A DNA stretch of 63,403 nucleotides, filler included, from Reticulomyxa filosa (GCA_000512085.1; 22 parts of 22 records of this genome joined end to end with filler, not necessarily neighbours in it); one strand, 5' to 3'. Positions 11,786 to 25,082 are shown, numbered from the whole stretch's first letter. Made by a program: numbers and translations. Notes: generated from the sequence alone by a model not told the origin.

Positions 11786-13080
11786 ATATAAATATTTACA
11801 AAAGAGAAATGTAACAAGATCACCTTCATCGGTACTTGTTTAGTTGGTGAATGGACATCATTCTCACTTTCTCATGTTTGCTGTGCTAAAAGTTTAGTCA
11901 ATTTGTAGTATTTCTTGATAGAAAAGATATGCAGTTCGTTGTTTAAGGAGATAAAAAATTCTTTTCTCTGTTCTGCCCTTTTTCAATCGAGTTTGGAGAG
12001 CGTCCACTGTTGCAGAATGGGGACATACAAAAAGTATCGTTTGATTNNNNNNNNNNNNNNNNNNNNNNNNNNNNNNNNNNNNNNNNNNNNTTAATTAATT
12101 AANNNNNNNNNNNNNNNNNNNNNNNNNNNNNNNNNNNNNNNNNNNNCAATCACATATTGCGATCGAATAAGCCATTTTCACATGGAACCATTCTCCCGAT
12201 GTTATTGTGACTCCAATTTGGTGAATGATACTCAAGCCAAAGATCGTCAGTGAACAAGAAGATGAAGATGAGGATGATGACGATAAAGAAGAAAGAAAAA
12301 AAGTATTCCAAGGCCATACCATCATTGGATTTGTTTTTTTTTTAAAAAAAGGTCATTTGCCGATATTATTTGGTTATGGCTCTTCACATCCACAAGTAGC
12401 GACGTTGCGTATTCTTAACATGGATTAATTTCACATAATGCGCCCCCCCCCTCAATGGAAGCTACTGACAATATCAAGCGCAATGCCAACGATGATGATA
12501 ACGACTACGATGATCACGAAAACGCAGTCCATGTTATATTCTATTCATTTGTCAATTATTTCAAAATACTGGACTGGTGTTTTGTGCGCTCCGATCTTTG
12601 GGTGTTGCTGCTGTTGATGTGTGCAGAAGAGACTAATGTTGTTGTGCCATTTATTACAAAAAGCAACAAGATCGTGCCAATCAATAATTGGATCGACTAT
12701 TCAAAATTCACTCCATTATTTGATCAATGAAAATAAAAGCTTGAATATTGGCAATATGTTGGTGGTGCTGGGCACTGCCGAGTGAATACGTAGGCAATGT
12801 TTTGTGTTAGCAGTCGAGCCCCCTATATTCTTTCTCATCTCAAAGAAGTGATCGCTGTGGATATAAACGAATTTTTCGGTTACCAAAAAATCGAATCACT
12901 AGGATTCAAAAAGTGGAATGGTCGGCCATTGCGCCTGTCTCTCTCTTGTTACCTGACGCTATAATTCGTGCCTGGATCTATTACTTGAAAAAGTTTTTTT
13001 TTATGTGTACATATTTAACATAAAATATCTTCATAATGTATATTTTATTATTTATTTATATATGCGTGGTATAATGTTGC

Positions 13081-13518
13081 TTGAACTTTTTGATAGATCT
13101 TGAGCAAGTCGTTGCTGTTCATATTACTATTAGTTTAACTGGAGAATTTTGCCTATTCACATTGCCAAGACGGATACGAAACTTTGAGTGTGGGCTTCGC
13201 TGTTTGAGATTGGGCTCGTGGCAAAATGAAACGAGGTTAAATTCATTAAAATTAATAAAGGTGAAGAAGTGGTCGTTTTGGGGTTGCTCAATGTACACGG
13301 GGAGCAGTGACGAAAAGTCAATGTGTGCTGATTTTAGTTTTGATAAAGAAATATTGGGAATCGAACTCGGTGATTGGTGGACCAATGACTACAATGGAAA
13401 AAATATTTCCAAATTCACGACAACGACAAAAAAAGACTCGACTTACCTTGTATTATCATATTTTTGTACGTTTCAATACAGTGGATACTTGCTCGTTGAC
13501 GTTATGTTGCAAACATAA
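13081..13518 (+). CDS. Hypothetical protein, probable exon of a fragmented gene
   Basis: 145-codon ORF with coding-like composition following an AT-rich intron-like tract ending in TAG; no family recognised. Confidence 0.3.
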   Translation: MNFLIDLEQVVAVHITISLTGEFCLFTLPRRIRNFECGLRCLRLGSWQNETRLNSLKLIKVKKWSFWGCSMYTGSSDEKSMCADFSFDKEILGIELGDWWTNDYNGKNISKFTTTTKKDSTYLVLSYFCTFQYSGYLLVDVMLQT

Positions 13519-14574
13519 TATGAGAGGAAAGTATGAAAAACGCTTGACAACAAAGAATAATTGCATAGAATCTAGAAACAGTTGTATGATTTACTTATTT
13601 GTTTTTAGAAAATAAATAAATAAATAAATAAGTACTTGATTGTCGTTGGATGTTGTTTTAATGTAGGAAAGCAAACTGACGACGATAACGACCTCTGCAA
13701 TCTCCATTACGATCCAAAAGCCTCAAATACGATCCTCCAATTGAAACCATTCAATCCCAACGATCACACAATTTTCGTCAATGGAGACAATAGGTGTTAT
13801 CAAATACATTGGTTATTCTCTTTTTTCCGAGGGCAAAGTTATTGGCATTGAACCAGATTTGTTTTTTTAGAAACAATTTTTTATTATGTATAATGATATT
13901 TTGTCTTTTCTTTATAGACGTATGGATTCCTGATNNNNNNNNNNNNNNNNNNNNNNNNNNNNNNNNNNNNNNNNNNNNTTAATTAATTAANNNNNNNNNN
14001 NNNNNNNNNNNNNNNNNNNNNNNNNNNNNNNNNNTTTTTTTTTTTTTTGCTTGTCTGTTTTTTTTTTTATAAAAAAAAAAAGTGAAGGAAAAAAAAAAAA
14101 AGAACTTAACATTGCAACCTTGGACAACAATTGCAAAATGGCTTTTGAAATTTGCATATCATCACCAAGAGTTTGTACTTGGACTTTGCGCGGATGTGCA
14201 ATTGGATATTGATTGTATTTACATCGTCGCAACAATTGTGCCATTCCAACGTACCGATGCCATAGTATTGGTGGCTGATTTCTGCATTTGCGCTGACTTG
14301 GTACACGTAACATTTGACTGCAAAAAAATGTCGCCGGACCTATACTCGCTCGTGACCGTTTGCACAATTTGAAGTGCTCATTCGACTGTATTGTGCTTTC
14401 CATTACATCTGCTTCACAATTCTCCAATTTGTTACTGTTTTTGTTTTTTTTTTTTAAATCTATTTTAATAAAATCAATAATATATACAATCACTCCTCCC
14501 TCACACTTACTATCTCTTGATATACGTAAACATCCTTTTTTTTCTGAATATTTTTTTCTATTAAATCTTTCAAT

Positions 14575-15075
14575 TCATGTTATGTACCTGTACATTAATA
14601 ATTTGAATGATGATCCATAAGATACCAATGATATACTCAAATTTGATTTGAACATATTCGTGGCCGTCGCTTTGGTATATGAATTTTTCTTGAGCTGCAT
14701 TGCGTTGATCATAGATGTGGTTTGGAGAAGACGTATACGTTCATTTTCTGAGTGCATTGACTCATTGTTTGAAATTTGCACCGCTGATATAATTGTTATG
14801 TTGTAGACCTTTGCGTATTGCACACATTTCCACTTTTTCAATTTCCACACATTGTTGAAATATTGATTGATCAACATGTTCCATGATGTCATTAATATGA
14901 TCATATCGTGATTTTTCAAATATATTTGTCCGTTTGTTACGTTTCCGCTTGAATTTCTTGTAGTCACGTTTGATGCCACCACAGCCACATTTAATACATG
15001 CAGCACTATCAATACAATTCCATATATCCACGATGAGTTCATGTTATTGTTGGAGTCTAAGAGTTTTCCACTCAA
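14575..15075 (-). CDS. Hypothetical secreted or membrane protein, fragment
   Basis: Hydrophobic segment WIYGIVLIVLHVLNVAVVA followed by N-x-S/T sites; more coding-like sequence at about 14110-14430; no family recognised. Confidence 0.3.
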   Translation of the reverse strand: MSGKLLDSNNNMNSSWIYGIVLIVLHVLNVAVVASNVTTRNSSGNVTNGQIYLKNHDMIILMTSWNMLINQYFNNVWKLKKWKCVQYAKVYNITIISAVQISNNESMHSENERIRLLQTTSMINAMQLKKNSYTKATATNMFKSNLSISLVSYGSSFKLLMYRYIT

Positions 15076-16927
15076 TTTGTTCTCATCCGTTTACCCCCTC
15101 TCTTACGGGCACATTGAAACTAAAGAACACCAAATCGGTAATAAAGCTATTTTAAGATAGAAAAACAAATAAAGTTTGTGGCAACGAATATATTTACAAA
15201 ATTTTAAATGATTTATAGAAATGATGAATTTGTTATGAAATGCAATTTGTTCTATGTACATTAACAATAGCTCAATGCAGAAAAAAAAAAATTGAGCTTT
15301 TTATCATTTCAAAATTCTTTCCATTTACAAAATTAACCATAATCTCCAATTAAAAAAAAAAGTTAAATAAAAAAGGATGACTAGTGAATACCCAGCAAGT
15401 GTTCAGAGCTGCCAGGTATGCAAAAAATGCTTACTGACCATCGCTCGTTATTTTCAACGCACAAAATTGTCGTCATCAGATCAGCATTGTTGCACTCAGC
15501 CGAACGTCTTAACATTGTTGAGTTTTGTGTGTTTGTGTATTGTGTGCGTTGCAATCGTTTTACACTTTGTTTCATATTTTTTTTTTGATTGAGTGAGAAA
15601 AGGAATAATCTCAAAAAAATTGATTGGTTGCCTTTTTATAGAAAAGCAACAAAATGTGAAAATTTTCCAAAAAAGATACCTTGCACAACTCTGATCCCTT
15701 GTAAATATGCTTATTGTCTTCCCGCGCATTTTAACAGGACCGCTATTTGAGGTCGTTTTCTTGTGAAGGCAGATAGACCCAATCGAGGAGTAAGTGTGAT
15801 ATTACAGTGGGCCACGATGAATGTTGAAGCGATAGGAATATAATAAGCAAATGAGGGGCTGTTTGCCAAACGAGCTTGTCCACTCACGTCTCAGTCCGCT
15901 CTGTATGTTAAAAAAAAAACTTTGTACATACCTCGAGTTGTTGTATGCATTAAAGGGAAGATGGCATTGATACAAACTCTGTGTATGTATACCATGGAGC
16001 CACTGGTATTTGTTTCAGTGATAATAATTTGTTCCATCCACTCAGAAGCGCTCGCTTTGATGTCTGTACGCTTGCTTGTTGACAATGTCAATGCTTTGGA
16101 AGGAAAAGAAAGACATGTTCACGTTTTCGTTAGCAAAATGTATATCCTTTTGTGCAAGAAGATCTCTGTTCATGATTTGACAATATTCTCAAAACGACAT
16201 GATAACATCAAGTTGTTCTTGAAATGAACAGAGGGTATCATGATCTTAGTTTGTTTTTTTTTTTAATTTTAGAAATACTGAAGTTTCCCACTTGTTTAAG
16301 TTATGCAAAAAACTTTGATAAAATAATGTCTTCAAAAAATATTATAAAAATTTACTTTAGAAATTATTGCATTTGCTTTGTTCTGAAATATCAACGAATG
16401 TATTTGCAAAAAGGGTCTAGTTCCTTTTTTTGTTTTCTTGTCTTTCATGTTATTACGTAAGTTAAAACTTAGAAGAGATGCTATGGCTTTTGATATAAAA
16501 GTGAAAGAATAATCGAATTACATGGTATACTGTCTGACGAGACATGTTTTTTAAAGAAATAAGCAGTCTTTTCCCTCTGCTGTATTCCTCTTTGGACTCT
16601 CCATATCCAATTCAAATCAACCAATCACTACGAAGAGTGCAAGAGCACGATATTCAAAAGCAAAAACTGGTGTGCATATGCCAATCTCTGAATCTCTTTG
16701 ATATGATCATTGTAGCAATCTCGTGTTGTTCAGTACAGTCTTTGTAATGTATCTCTTACTCGGTTCATCAACTCTCTACTATTGCTCCCAACAAAATCTA
16801 CTTCCTTCTGATCTGCTTATCGTTACGNNNNNNNNNNNNNNNNNNNNNNNNNNNNNNNNNNNNNNNNNNNNTTAATTAATTAANNNNNNNNNNNNNNNNN
16901 NNNNNNNNNNNNNNNNNNNNNNNNNNN

Positions 16928-17488
16928 GGATGTATTTTACATTTTCATCCTTCTATGAGAAGATCAAATTTTATTGATAATTGTGATGTATCATGGATAT
17001 CTCCATTCAAACATGAGCGTGAAATTTTGTTTGCAAGATCAACAATATTTTCTTCTATAGATGAAAAAATACATAAAGAACTTTATGCATGGAATGCAAA
17101 AATAGAGAGCGAAGACGAATATACACAAATGATATTATTGACATGGACACAATATGATCAATATATTCAACAAATTATGCAAATAAATGCAATGTGGAAG
17201 CAATCTATTGATTTCAATATTATTTATGTTACACTTAATTATTTTGAAAAAGATGTCAATGAAACATTCGAATTATTGTCTAAATTTAAAAAATGGAAAT
17301 TTCAAGATAATAACAAACAAAAATACAAAAAGAGAATGAATAAATTTGTGAAAAAGCGTTGTTGTAATCACAATATCAATTTATTCTCTATATTTCTTTC
17401 TGAAACATACAAAGAAGTAAATGCTGTTGAATATGCAACAGTGCAAACAGTAAATAACTGTTTACCATTTGTTAAAAAGAATAAATAG
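16928..17488 (+). CDS. Putative mono-ADP-ribosyltransferase-like domain (E-x-E end) plus helical C-terminal region, 5'-partial
   Basis: GCILHFHPSMRRS...CDVSWISPFKHEREILFARS resembles the dis..S.f..E.EvLf catalytic strand of R-S-ExE ARTs. The frame is open from the contig start to TAG at 17488. Confidence 0.5.
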   Translation, partial: GCILHFHPSMRRSNFIDNCDVSWISPFKHEREILFARSTIFSSIDEKIHKELYAWNAKIESEDEYTQMILLTWTQYDQYIQQIMQINAMWKQSIDFNIIYVTLNYFEKDVNETFELLSKFKKWKFQDNNKQKYKKRMNKFVKKRCCNHNINLFSIFLSETYKEVNAVEYATVQTVNNCLPFVKKNK

Positions 17489-18540
17489 AATTGAAAATAG
17501 TGTTATTTACAATAAAATAATTTCTCATTTATTCACTTTAAGGATAGAATTACTAAATAAAAAGAGTTACGTAATGATATACAGTAGAATGCAAAGTAAA
17601 GTTGAAATCTAAAACGGCACCTGTATGGCGAAATTTTATTTTTTGCAATATGGTTGATATATGTAAAACACTTTTTTCGTTTTGTTTTTTCAAAAGTCAT
17701 GTCAAATCCCCTTTTTAAAAAAAAACTCTTATAAAAATTCAGCAAGTATTTGAATTTTGGTGCTGTTATTTGTAGTATTATGCAATATTACATATGTTAG
17801 TCGATCATTTGCACACAATACTTTCGGTTTGCGCTTTGTCGTCACACGACATGTTAATAAATGAATGCTTGACTCTACGTTGTGAATCTGTATGCAGACA
17901 ATACTATGTCTATTTGAAACAAGTGTAATGCATGCATATTTCCAACCCACAATTGGACAACCAGTTGCAGTTTACGCAAAGCATTGTGGAGTTCATCATA
18001 TATTACGAATAAAAGTTAAATTGTTAAGATTTAGCACTTGTTTTTACAAAGATTAGAATTAACGTTGCATAAAAAAAAATGGAAAAAGGTAACATCTAAA
18101 GGTCGCCTCAATTCCTGGCTTTTGCAAAGATAAATTAAAGTAAAACTTTAATGTGGAAATACAATCTTCCACAGAATGTAGTATTTGAAAAAGTTTTCTG
18201 ACCACAAACCACTTGTTTTACAAAGTTTTGATAGGAATTGAAATAAGATTGAACACCACACCCAAACTTGGAAAAAAGAAATGTGTTGAAAAACAAACAA
18301 AAAACATCTTGTAGTGCGAAAAACAAGTAAAACGATTTTGAAAAGAAAAAGCAAATAAAAAACGCCATTTGTGCATGAGCAGACGAATCTCTGTTTCATA
18401 CCCATAATTGGTGTTTTTTATTTATTTTTTTTCCGAACCGAAGAAATTGATCTAAAAAAAAAAAGAAAGAAAGGAAGGAAAGAGAGATAACATAAAAAAT
18501 AAAACCAAAAAAAAAGAGAAAAGTTTTTGAAATGAAAAAA

Positions 18541-19516
18541 TTATTGTCTTTTTGGACGTTTTGGTTTAATCGAATAAATGACAGACGCGAAATTGCGGTC
18601 TTGTTCTGAGTCGCTATCACCCCACAATGTAGATTCAGTGAGGAATCGCTTGTGATCCTTTGCATTTTTTGTTTGTTTGTTTTGTAGTCAGTTGTTTACA
18701 AGTTACAATAACAACAAAGCAATGTATCGAGATTTAGAGATTTTTTTTTTTTTTAACTCTTTGTGAGGACATATTTTCATTGGCCTGGTCAATGAATGAT
18801 TGTTCTTGAGAAATATTGGAACGAATGCTTTTACGCCCAGAATGGACACTTTTACGTTCAGAATGGACACTTTTACGTTCAGAGTGGATACTTTTACGTT
18901 CAGAATGAACGCTCTTACGTTCAGAATGGATACTCTTACGCTCATCATCATTAATATTTTTATTAGTTGTTTGGGAAGGCAACACCTGTTGAACATGATA
19001 TGTAGCCCCTTGTCCTTTGATCTTTGTGTCGACGCTTGTGTTTCGTGTGTTTTCGCCATTCTTGAACGTGTCAACATTGGTAACGGCATCACTTGATTAG
19101 ATTAAAAGCAATTTTAAAATATGTTTTCAGAATTAATATATATACGTATACATATATATATATATATATGTATGCATGCATATAAATAAAGCAACGCACA
19201 TACTTTGGAGCATGCTGAGGAGAATAAGTAACGAATTCAACTAAGTGATGATCCAGATATGGATTGTCAGCATTTCCTGGACTTACAACAGGCCTGTACA
19301 TTTGCGAATCGGCAGAGTAGGGTGGAAAGCATGGCGGGGCCGAAGGAAGAGGAGAAGAGATGCCACGATTGGATGTGACCGACGGACGATGTCTTAATGT
19401 TGGATCAAACGCGAGGTTGTTTGCAATATTTGCATATTGTTTTTGTGGCAAAGGTTTATAATCAGATAGAGATGGATTGGGATTGTAATTGGGAGAAGGA
19501 AGTTGTTTATCACTGC

Positions 19517-19582
<66 letters not shown>

Positions 19583-20135
19583 TGTTATTACTATTGTTAT
19601 CATTATTATTATCTTTTTTCATTGGAAGCGTAGGCAATGGTTTGGACGGTGGGTATTTCCGCTTCTGATTGACTTCGAGAGGCTTTCCAATGGCATTCCT
19701 TACATCTCGATTTGGTAAATTGACATTATGTGAGCGAGCGTTCATGTCCCCTCCTCGAGGGTCCACCACATCCAAGTCGTTGATGATCCGCTGTCTCGTC
19801 GCACTGATGGAAGGTCGAGGCTCCGTCCGAAGAATGGAGTCTGTGTCCGCAAAATAGCGCTTCGTCATTTTGGGTGAGCAAGGAACGCTGTAGCTCCCTT
19901 TGCCGGTATTCAACGTGCTGGGTGGATGCGCCGGCGCATTGCTGGTATGCGTTGTAGCGATATGAGACATTGCGTGTAATGAAGCCGGCGCTGCCACCAC
20001 ACTACGAGGAGGAGAAGACCGATAATTCTTCAGCGAAAGGTTGGGCGGAGCCCCATTGCGAACACTTCCCGAGTTCCGTGCAGAATCTGCATTGTGATGA
20101 CCCAATGGTATTTGGAATGGATCATTCATAAATTC
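18541..20135 (-). CDS. Hypothetical Pro/Ser/Asn-rich disordered protein, 5'-partial, multi-exon
   Basis: Large exon within ORF 19089-20150, second exon carrying HSERKS repeats, and last exon DHKRFLTESTLWGDS...KRPKRQ ending in TAA at 18541-18543. Confidence 0.6.
18823..18943 (-). repeat. 21-bp coding tandem repeat, about 6 units (HSERKS[I/V])
   Basis: Plus-strand unit close to CTTTTACGTTCAGAATGGACA, repeated with few substitutions. Confidence 0.9.
19518..19581. repeat. (ATT)n microsatellite encoding poly-Asn on the minus strand
   Basis: Perfect trinucleotide run inside ORF 19089-20150. Confidence 0.9.
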
Positions 20136-20679
20136 CTTTTTTTTCCCCATATGTATACGTTATATATATATATATATATATNNNNNNNNNNNNNNNNNNN
20201 NNNNNNNNNNNNNNNNNNNNNNNNNTTAATTAATTAANNNNNNNNNNNNNNNNNNNNNNNNNNNNNNNNNNNNNNNNNNNNCCACAAGTACATTAAAAGG
20301 AGCCAGGGATTTCTGAGAAGACATTGCATTAATTGATGTGCTTTGTAATTTTTAATCTTTCAACAAAATTTTAATTAAATAAAAATATATTGAGTCAATT
20401 ATGACTCTGCCAGTATCTGTACTAATACGCCTATAACAGGGTTAGTTATGGCACACAAAATTGTCAAGTATTTTCAACAATAAAACAAGTTGCTTACAGC
20501 CAAATGCATAGTTATAACAAACAAAACAAGTGAGAACTAACTCGAGATATTTTTGTTTGTTTAAAAATATTTGCAAAATGGTAACATTCCAATTAAAAAA
20601 AAAAAGGTGGTCCAAAGCTACTTTTTTTTCGTTTGGTGAGAGTAGTATCAAAAAAATTAAATGGAGTCACTCCCCTTTT

Positions 20680-22692
20680 TCATGAGATTTGCTTTGTATT
20701 GTGCTTACACACAGGGCATGTCGTTTCAGCATTTTTAGATGATTGTGAAAAAAACCAATTATCTACACAATCCGCGTGAAATTGATGTACTGTAAAAAAA
20801 ACAAATGTGTAAATGTGAACAGAGAAAAGGAAGGAAGAGAGAGAGAGAAAAAAAGACTAAACAGCAAGGCAAATATCTCAAATTATCTTCGGCCTTATAT
20901 GCTTGTAAGCATATTTCACAATAGGTCCTATTTTTTCGGTATACATAAGTTAAAAGTATCGGAAAAAGAGGAAAGGAAGAAAGAAAAAAACCTCAACTTG
21001 TTTTGTGGAAGTTTTTGGATATCCGTGGCGGTCAAAACTTTAGTAGGCAAGTGTTTCCAGTCAGGGATATCACTAAAAATATCATCAAACTCAAGCTCAA
21101 CTCCGGCTTGCGGAGGAGAATCGTCCATGCTGTCGCTGATAGAATCTGACATGATGATTGTCATATCCATCATACAAAGCATCATGTACATGCGCATGCG
21201 GAGCCTCACGTACATTTGATTCCTCATTATTGGAAATTATTTGTTGCCACATTCGTTCTTGTTCGTTAACATTAAGTTGGCTATGTATGTATACGTAGTA
21301 CGCAAAAAATGAATATGTTTATAGAAAGAAGCTGAGTTTGATAAGAAAAAGAAAGGGAGGGGGTTAAAAAAAAAAAAAACTTCTGTTAGCATCATTATGA
21401 TCATGATCGGCAATGACAACATTATTTCCAGCGTTACGACCGGGCTCACGATTATCGGACCCTCTCGCATCGACACGATTCGCTGTCCTGACGTATACAA
21501 GATCGTCATCATGATCATCGTCATAGTCGTAGTTCTGATTCGCTTCTTCTTCTTCTGCGAATAAAGATCTTGCCATTTCTGCGTCTTTCTGTTCTTGCAA
21601 AGCGCGCGACGAGAGGGACGATGATGACGAGGGCTTGGACTGATTCATTGCGCATGTACGACACAACATTACCACAGAGGACGAGTTGTGATGATCCTTC
21701 CTCAAACATAGAAATACGTCCGCCCCTTCACAAAATACAGAGCGACAATTCCCGCCGTTACAAAGTGGCGTGTTTTTGCTGGCTCTACTTTCGAAGCGTC
21801 TCAGCTTCATCACCCCACCACATTCCGGTCTTGGACATCGCACCGTGTTGCGACTGCCTTCTTGTCGATGTTGATGTTGATGTTGATGTTGATGCTGACC
21901 CCTGCTCGCATTGTCTGTCTTCTCTCGTATCTTTCTGTCGTCACCGCCTCGAGCAGGGCCGGGAGATGAAAAGGGAGGAAGGGGAGAGAGTGAACGAGGA
22001 GAGGGAGATAATACTCTTATGCCATTGTTATTGTTATTGTTATTGTTATTGTTACTGTTATTATTATAGCTATTGCTACCCGTGCCTCTTCTGCTCGTCG
22101 GATATTTGCTTCCGTGTCTGTTGAAACCATGCTCGCTGTCACTTCTGTGTTTCTCATACTCCATCGATTCTTTACCATTATTGTGGCCTCGTTGCGATTG
22201 TTGACTAAATCTATTCCACAAACAAACCAAATCTCTTCTTTCTTTCTTTCTTTCTTTCTTTCTTTGTCTTGCATTGACATAGGAGGGAGTTTTTTTATTT
22301 CTCTCTTCCTACGGGTACGTATACAAATCCCTTTTTTCCCCCCCCCCCCCTTTTCTTATGTTAAAAAAAAATAAATTCTGTTTTCAACAAACTTGCCTGT
22401 CATTTTGTGCCGGTGGCAATGAACGCGCCACGTGTAGTATCGCACCATCGCAGTTTGTCAACTTAGAAATTCGGTTCACATTCTTGCTTGGAAAATTGAA
22501 CTCAACGACTAATCGGCACGTCACCATTTGCTTGTGTACATCTTTTATTTCTGGAAACCACTTGCCAAACCAATGCACTATTGGCTTCGTCAATGGGTTA
22601 TCCACTGCCTCAAGATCTAACGTCTTGTGGGTGGCTTGTATTAATGCCTCTGCCTCAAAGTAGGAATTTCTTGAATGATGATAAGATTTCAT
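20680..22692 (-). CDS. RING-H2 E3 ubiquitin ligase, multi-exon, with a central Cys/His-rich domain and a UIM-like motif
   Basis: Splicing out 20928-20991 and the next intron gives LPTKVLT...CEICLQAYKAEDNLRYLPCLHQFHADCVDNWF...TCPVCK (C3H2C3), stop at 20680-20682. Upstream ORFs 21364-22230 and 22384-22692 can be joined; the middle exon boundaries are unresolved. Confidence 0.8.
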
Positions 22693-23517
22693 TATTGATT
22701 TTTAATCTGATAGAACGATTTTTTTTTGTTTTTCTAAGGTACTTGTTTGCTTTACAAACAATATTATTTTTTTCATTAAACTGTAAATAGTAGAGGCCTG
22801 TAGCATTGGCAAAAATTTAACTCGTAAGGACCAAAGACACTTCTTTTTTAATACGCTTAAACTCAGCTCGAAACTTTGTGCGTTTCAAAAAAGAACTTCA
22901 ATTGCAACAATTAAGTGAAACTTCTTTTAAATAGTATTTTTTGAGTGAGCAAATATTGCATTGATGGTAACAAAAATTATTTTCAATTACACAAGAATTA
23001 AAAATAATTATTGTCACAAAAAAAAAAAGTATTAATAATACACAAAGAGACTCTATATACATATATATATGTAATGTTTGCAAAGGCATGGAAAAAAGCT
23101 TATCAATACCCGAAGTATGTGATCCACGTGGATCTAGATTTTAATAACAAGTATCGATTAATAGGATTAAAACCACTTTGGGTTTCTTTAATGAGTTTTC
23201 ACTGTGGTACTAAATTAGGAAGTATAATGCAAAAGTACTATTCTAAGATTGCTAGATACAATTTGATCAGTTGTGTCCTTAAAATTAGCATTAATTGTTG
23301 TCATGATGTTCTTCATGTCCTTTTTTTGGGACAAATCCATTAAAAAAATGTATTTAATTGTCAGTCATCAAATGAAAGAAGGAATAAAAGTCAATAAGTT
23401 ATATGAATAATGCATTAACTCTAATTTAGAGAAAAGGGTTCAAACACTGAAAGGAATAAAATAGGAATGAGATAAGAGAAGAAAAGGGATGGATAATGAA
23501 TTGTGTAGAACATACGT

Positions 23518-24145
23518 TTACAATTTTTTGGTTTTTTTGGGTTTGTTTTTCCATGGTATTGAGCTTTTCTGGTTTTTATTGAATGAAGACTGCAGCGCCT
23601 TTTTTGCTGTTTTTGATGGTTTTGACTGTCCTGCCGACTTTGAAGTTTTGGACGCTTTTGCTTTCGGCATTGTAGCCGTGTCTGAAATTGTCGATGGCTC
23701 TGCTGATTTTGATGTGTTTACTGTTTTTACTGCTGTGGACGGTTTTGAAGTATGTAAAGACTTTGGTAAGTTTTGTTGCTCAGGGAAGTGAGATTTTGTG
23801 AATGTATTATTCTTGGGTGTATTCTTATAGTTGTATTTATGTTGATTTATGTTTTTATGTTTGCCTTTGTCTTTATCTTGGTTTTTGTATTGACGTTGAG
23901 TTTTATCTTGACCTTGAACTTTGCCTTTGCTTTTGCTGTTGATATCGGTGTCAGTGTCCACTTGTGATTGGAAAGAAGAGAATGCGTCAGGGTTATCCTT
24001 TTGAGCAGCCCACTGCATCCATTTTGTTCGCGAATAGCCAAACCAATCGAGCCTCATTCTCTGTTGCGTCTGCGAGCCTAACTTGGATCCTTGCAATACC
24101 GCTTTGCGCTTGCATAGGATCTCTGCCAATTGTGCCTGCTCACAC
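23518..24145 (-). CDS. Hypothetical Lys/Ser/Thr-rich protein, fragment
   Basis: 213-codon ORF of low complexity following a (TGTA)n intron-like tract; no family recognised. Confidence 0.4.
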
Positions 24146-24427
24146 ATACACACATACATACATACAAAGACTCAAATCTGAACACNNNNNNNNNNNNNNN
24201 NNNNNNNNNNNNNNNNNNNNNNNNNNNNNTTAATTAATTAANNNNNNNNNNNNNNNNNNNNNNNNNNNNNNNNNNNNNNNNNNNNGTTCTTCTTTTTTTT
24301 TTTTTGTTATATAGTCCATTTGAATACATTCAAAAATTGTAAGGAATAAAATATAATAACAATAATAATAATTAATAATTAATAATTAATAATTAATAAT
24401 ATACATATATACATACATCATATTTAC

Positions 24428-25049
24428 TCACTGTGTTTGTTGAATATCCTGGGCGCCCAAAATGTCACTGTCATCAAGTGCTATTTCTTCTGTCTCGGCT
24501 TCGGCCGTGGCACTCGACGGTGTCGAAGCGCGGGACTGCGTGTGCACTTGGTCGGTGAACATCACGTTCAATGGCATAATGCTGCGGAGATTGGTCTTCA
24601 ATGGTCTCACGACGTGGTGTCGACGACGAGGATATGCGAACAGCAATCTCTCCCACCACCTCAATTTGAAATTCAAATACCCAGGCGTTTTCATGGCCAA
24701 CACATTTTCTTCCTCTTCCATCACATCGAAGCACTCTAAAATCTGTTGAAAGGGGTTGCGGCTCGACTCGATCAAGTACGCGAGTCCCTCTTGCGCAACC
24801 ACCGTCGCAGAGTTGTACAAGCCAATTAACGCCGCCACTGTCCCGATATCATAAAATACTGGAAACCATTGGCCAACGGTTTGTTTGCTGATCACTTGAT
24901 AGTACCCAACCTGTTTGATTTTGTGTTAAACACAGCAATCACCCATCCGACCGTGGTTTTCTTAAAAGAAAAAGGAAGGAAGGAAGGAAGGAATTATATT
25001 AGATATGCCATAGATACAAATATATGCATATATACATATACATACACAT

Positions 25050-25082
<33 letters not shown>

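Noticed and set aside
19394-19718. Poly-Ile and poly-Tyr ORFs
   Set aside because: Alternative-frame readings of the (ATT)n poly-Asn microsatellite.
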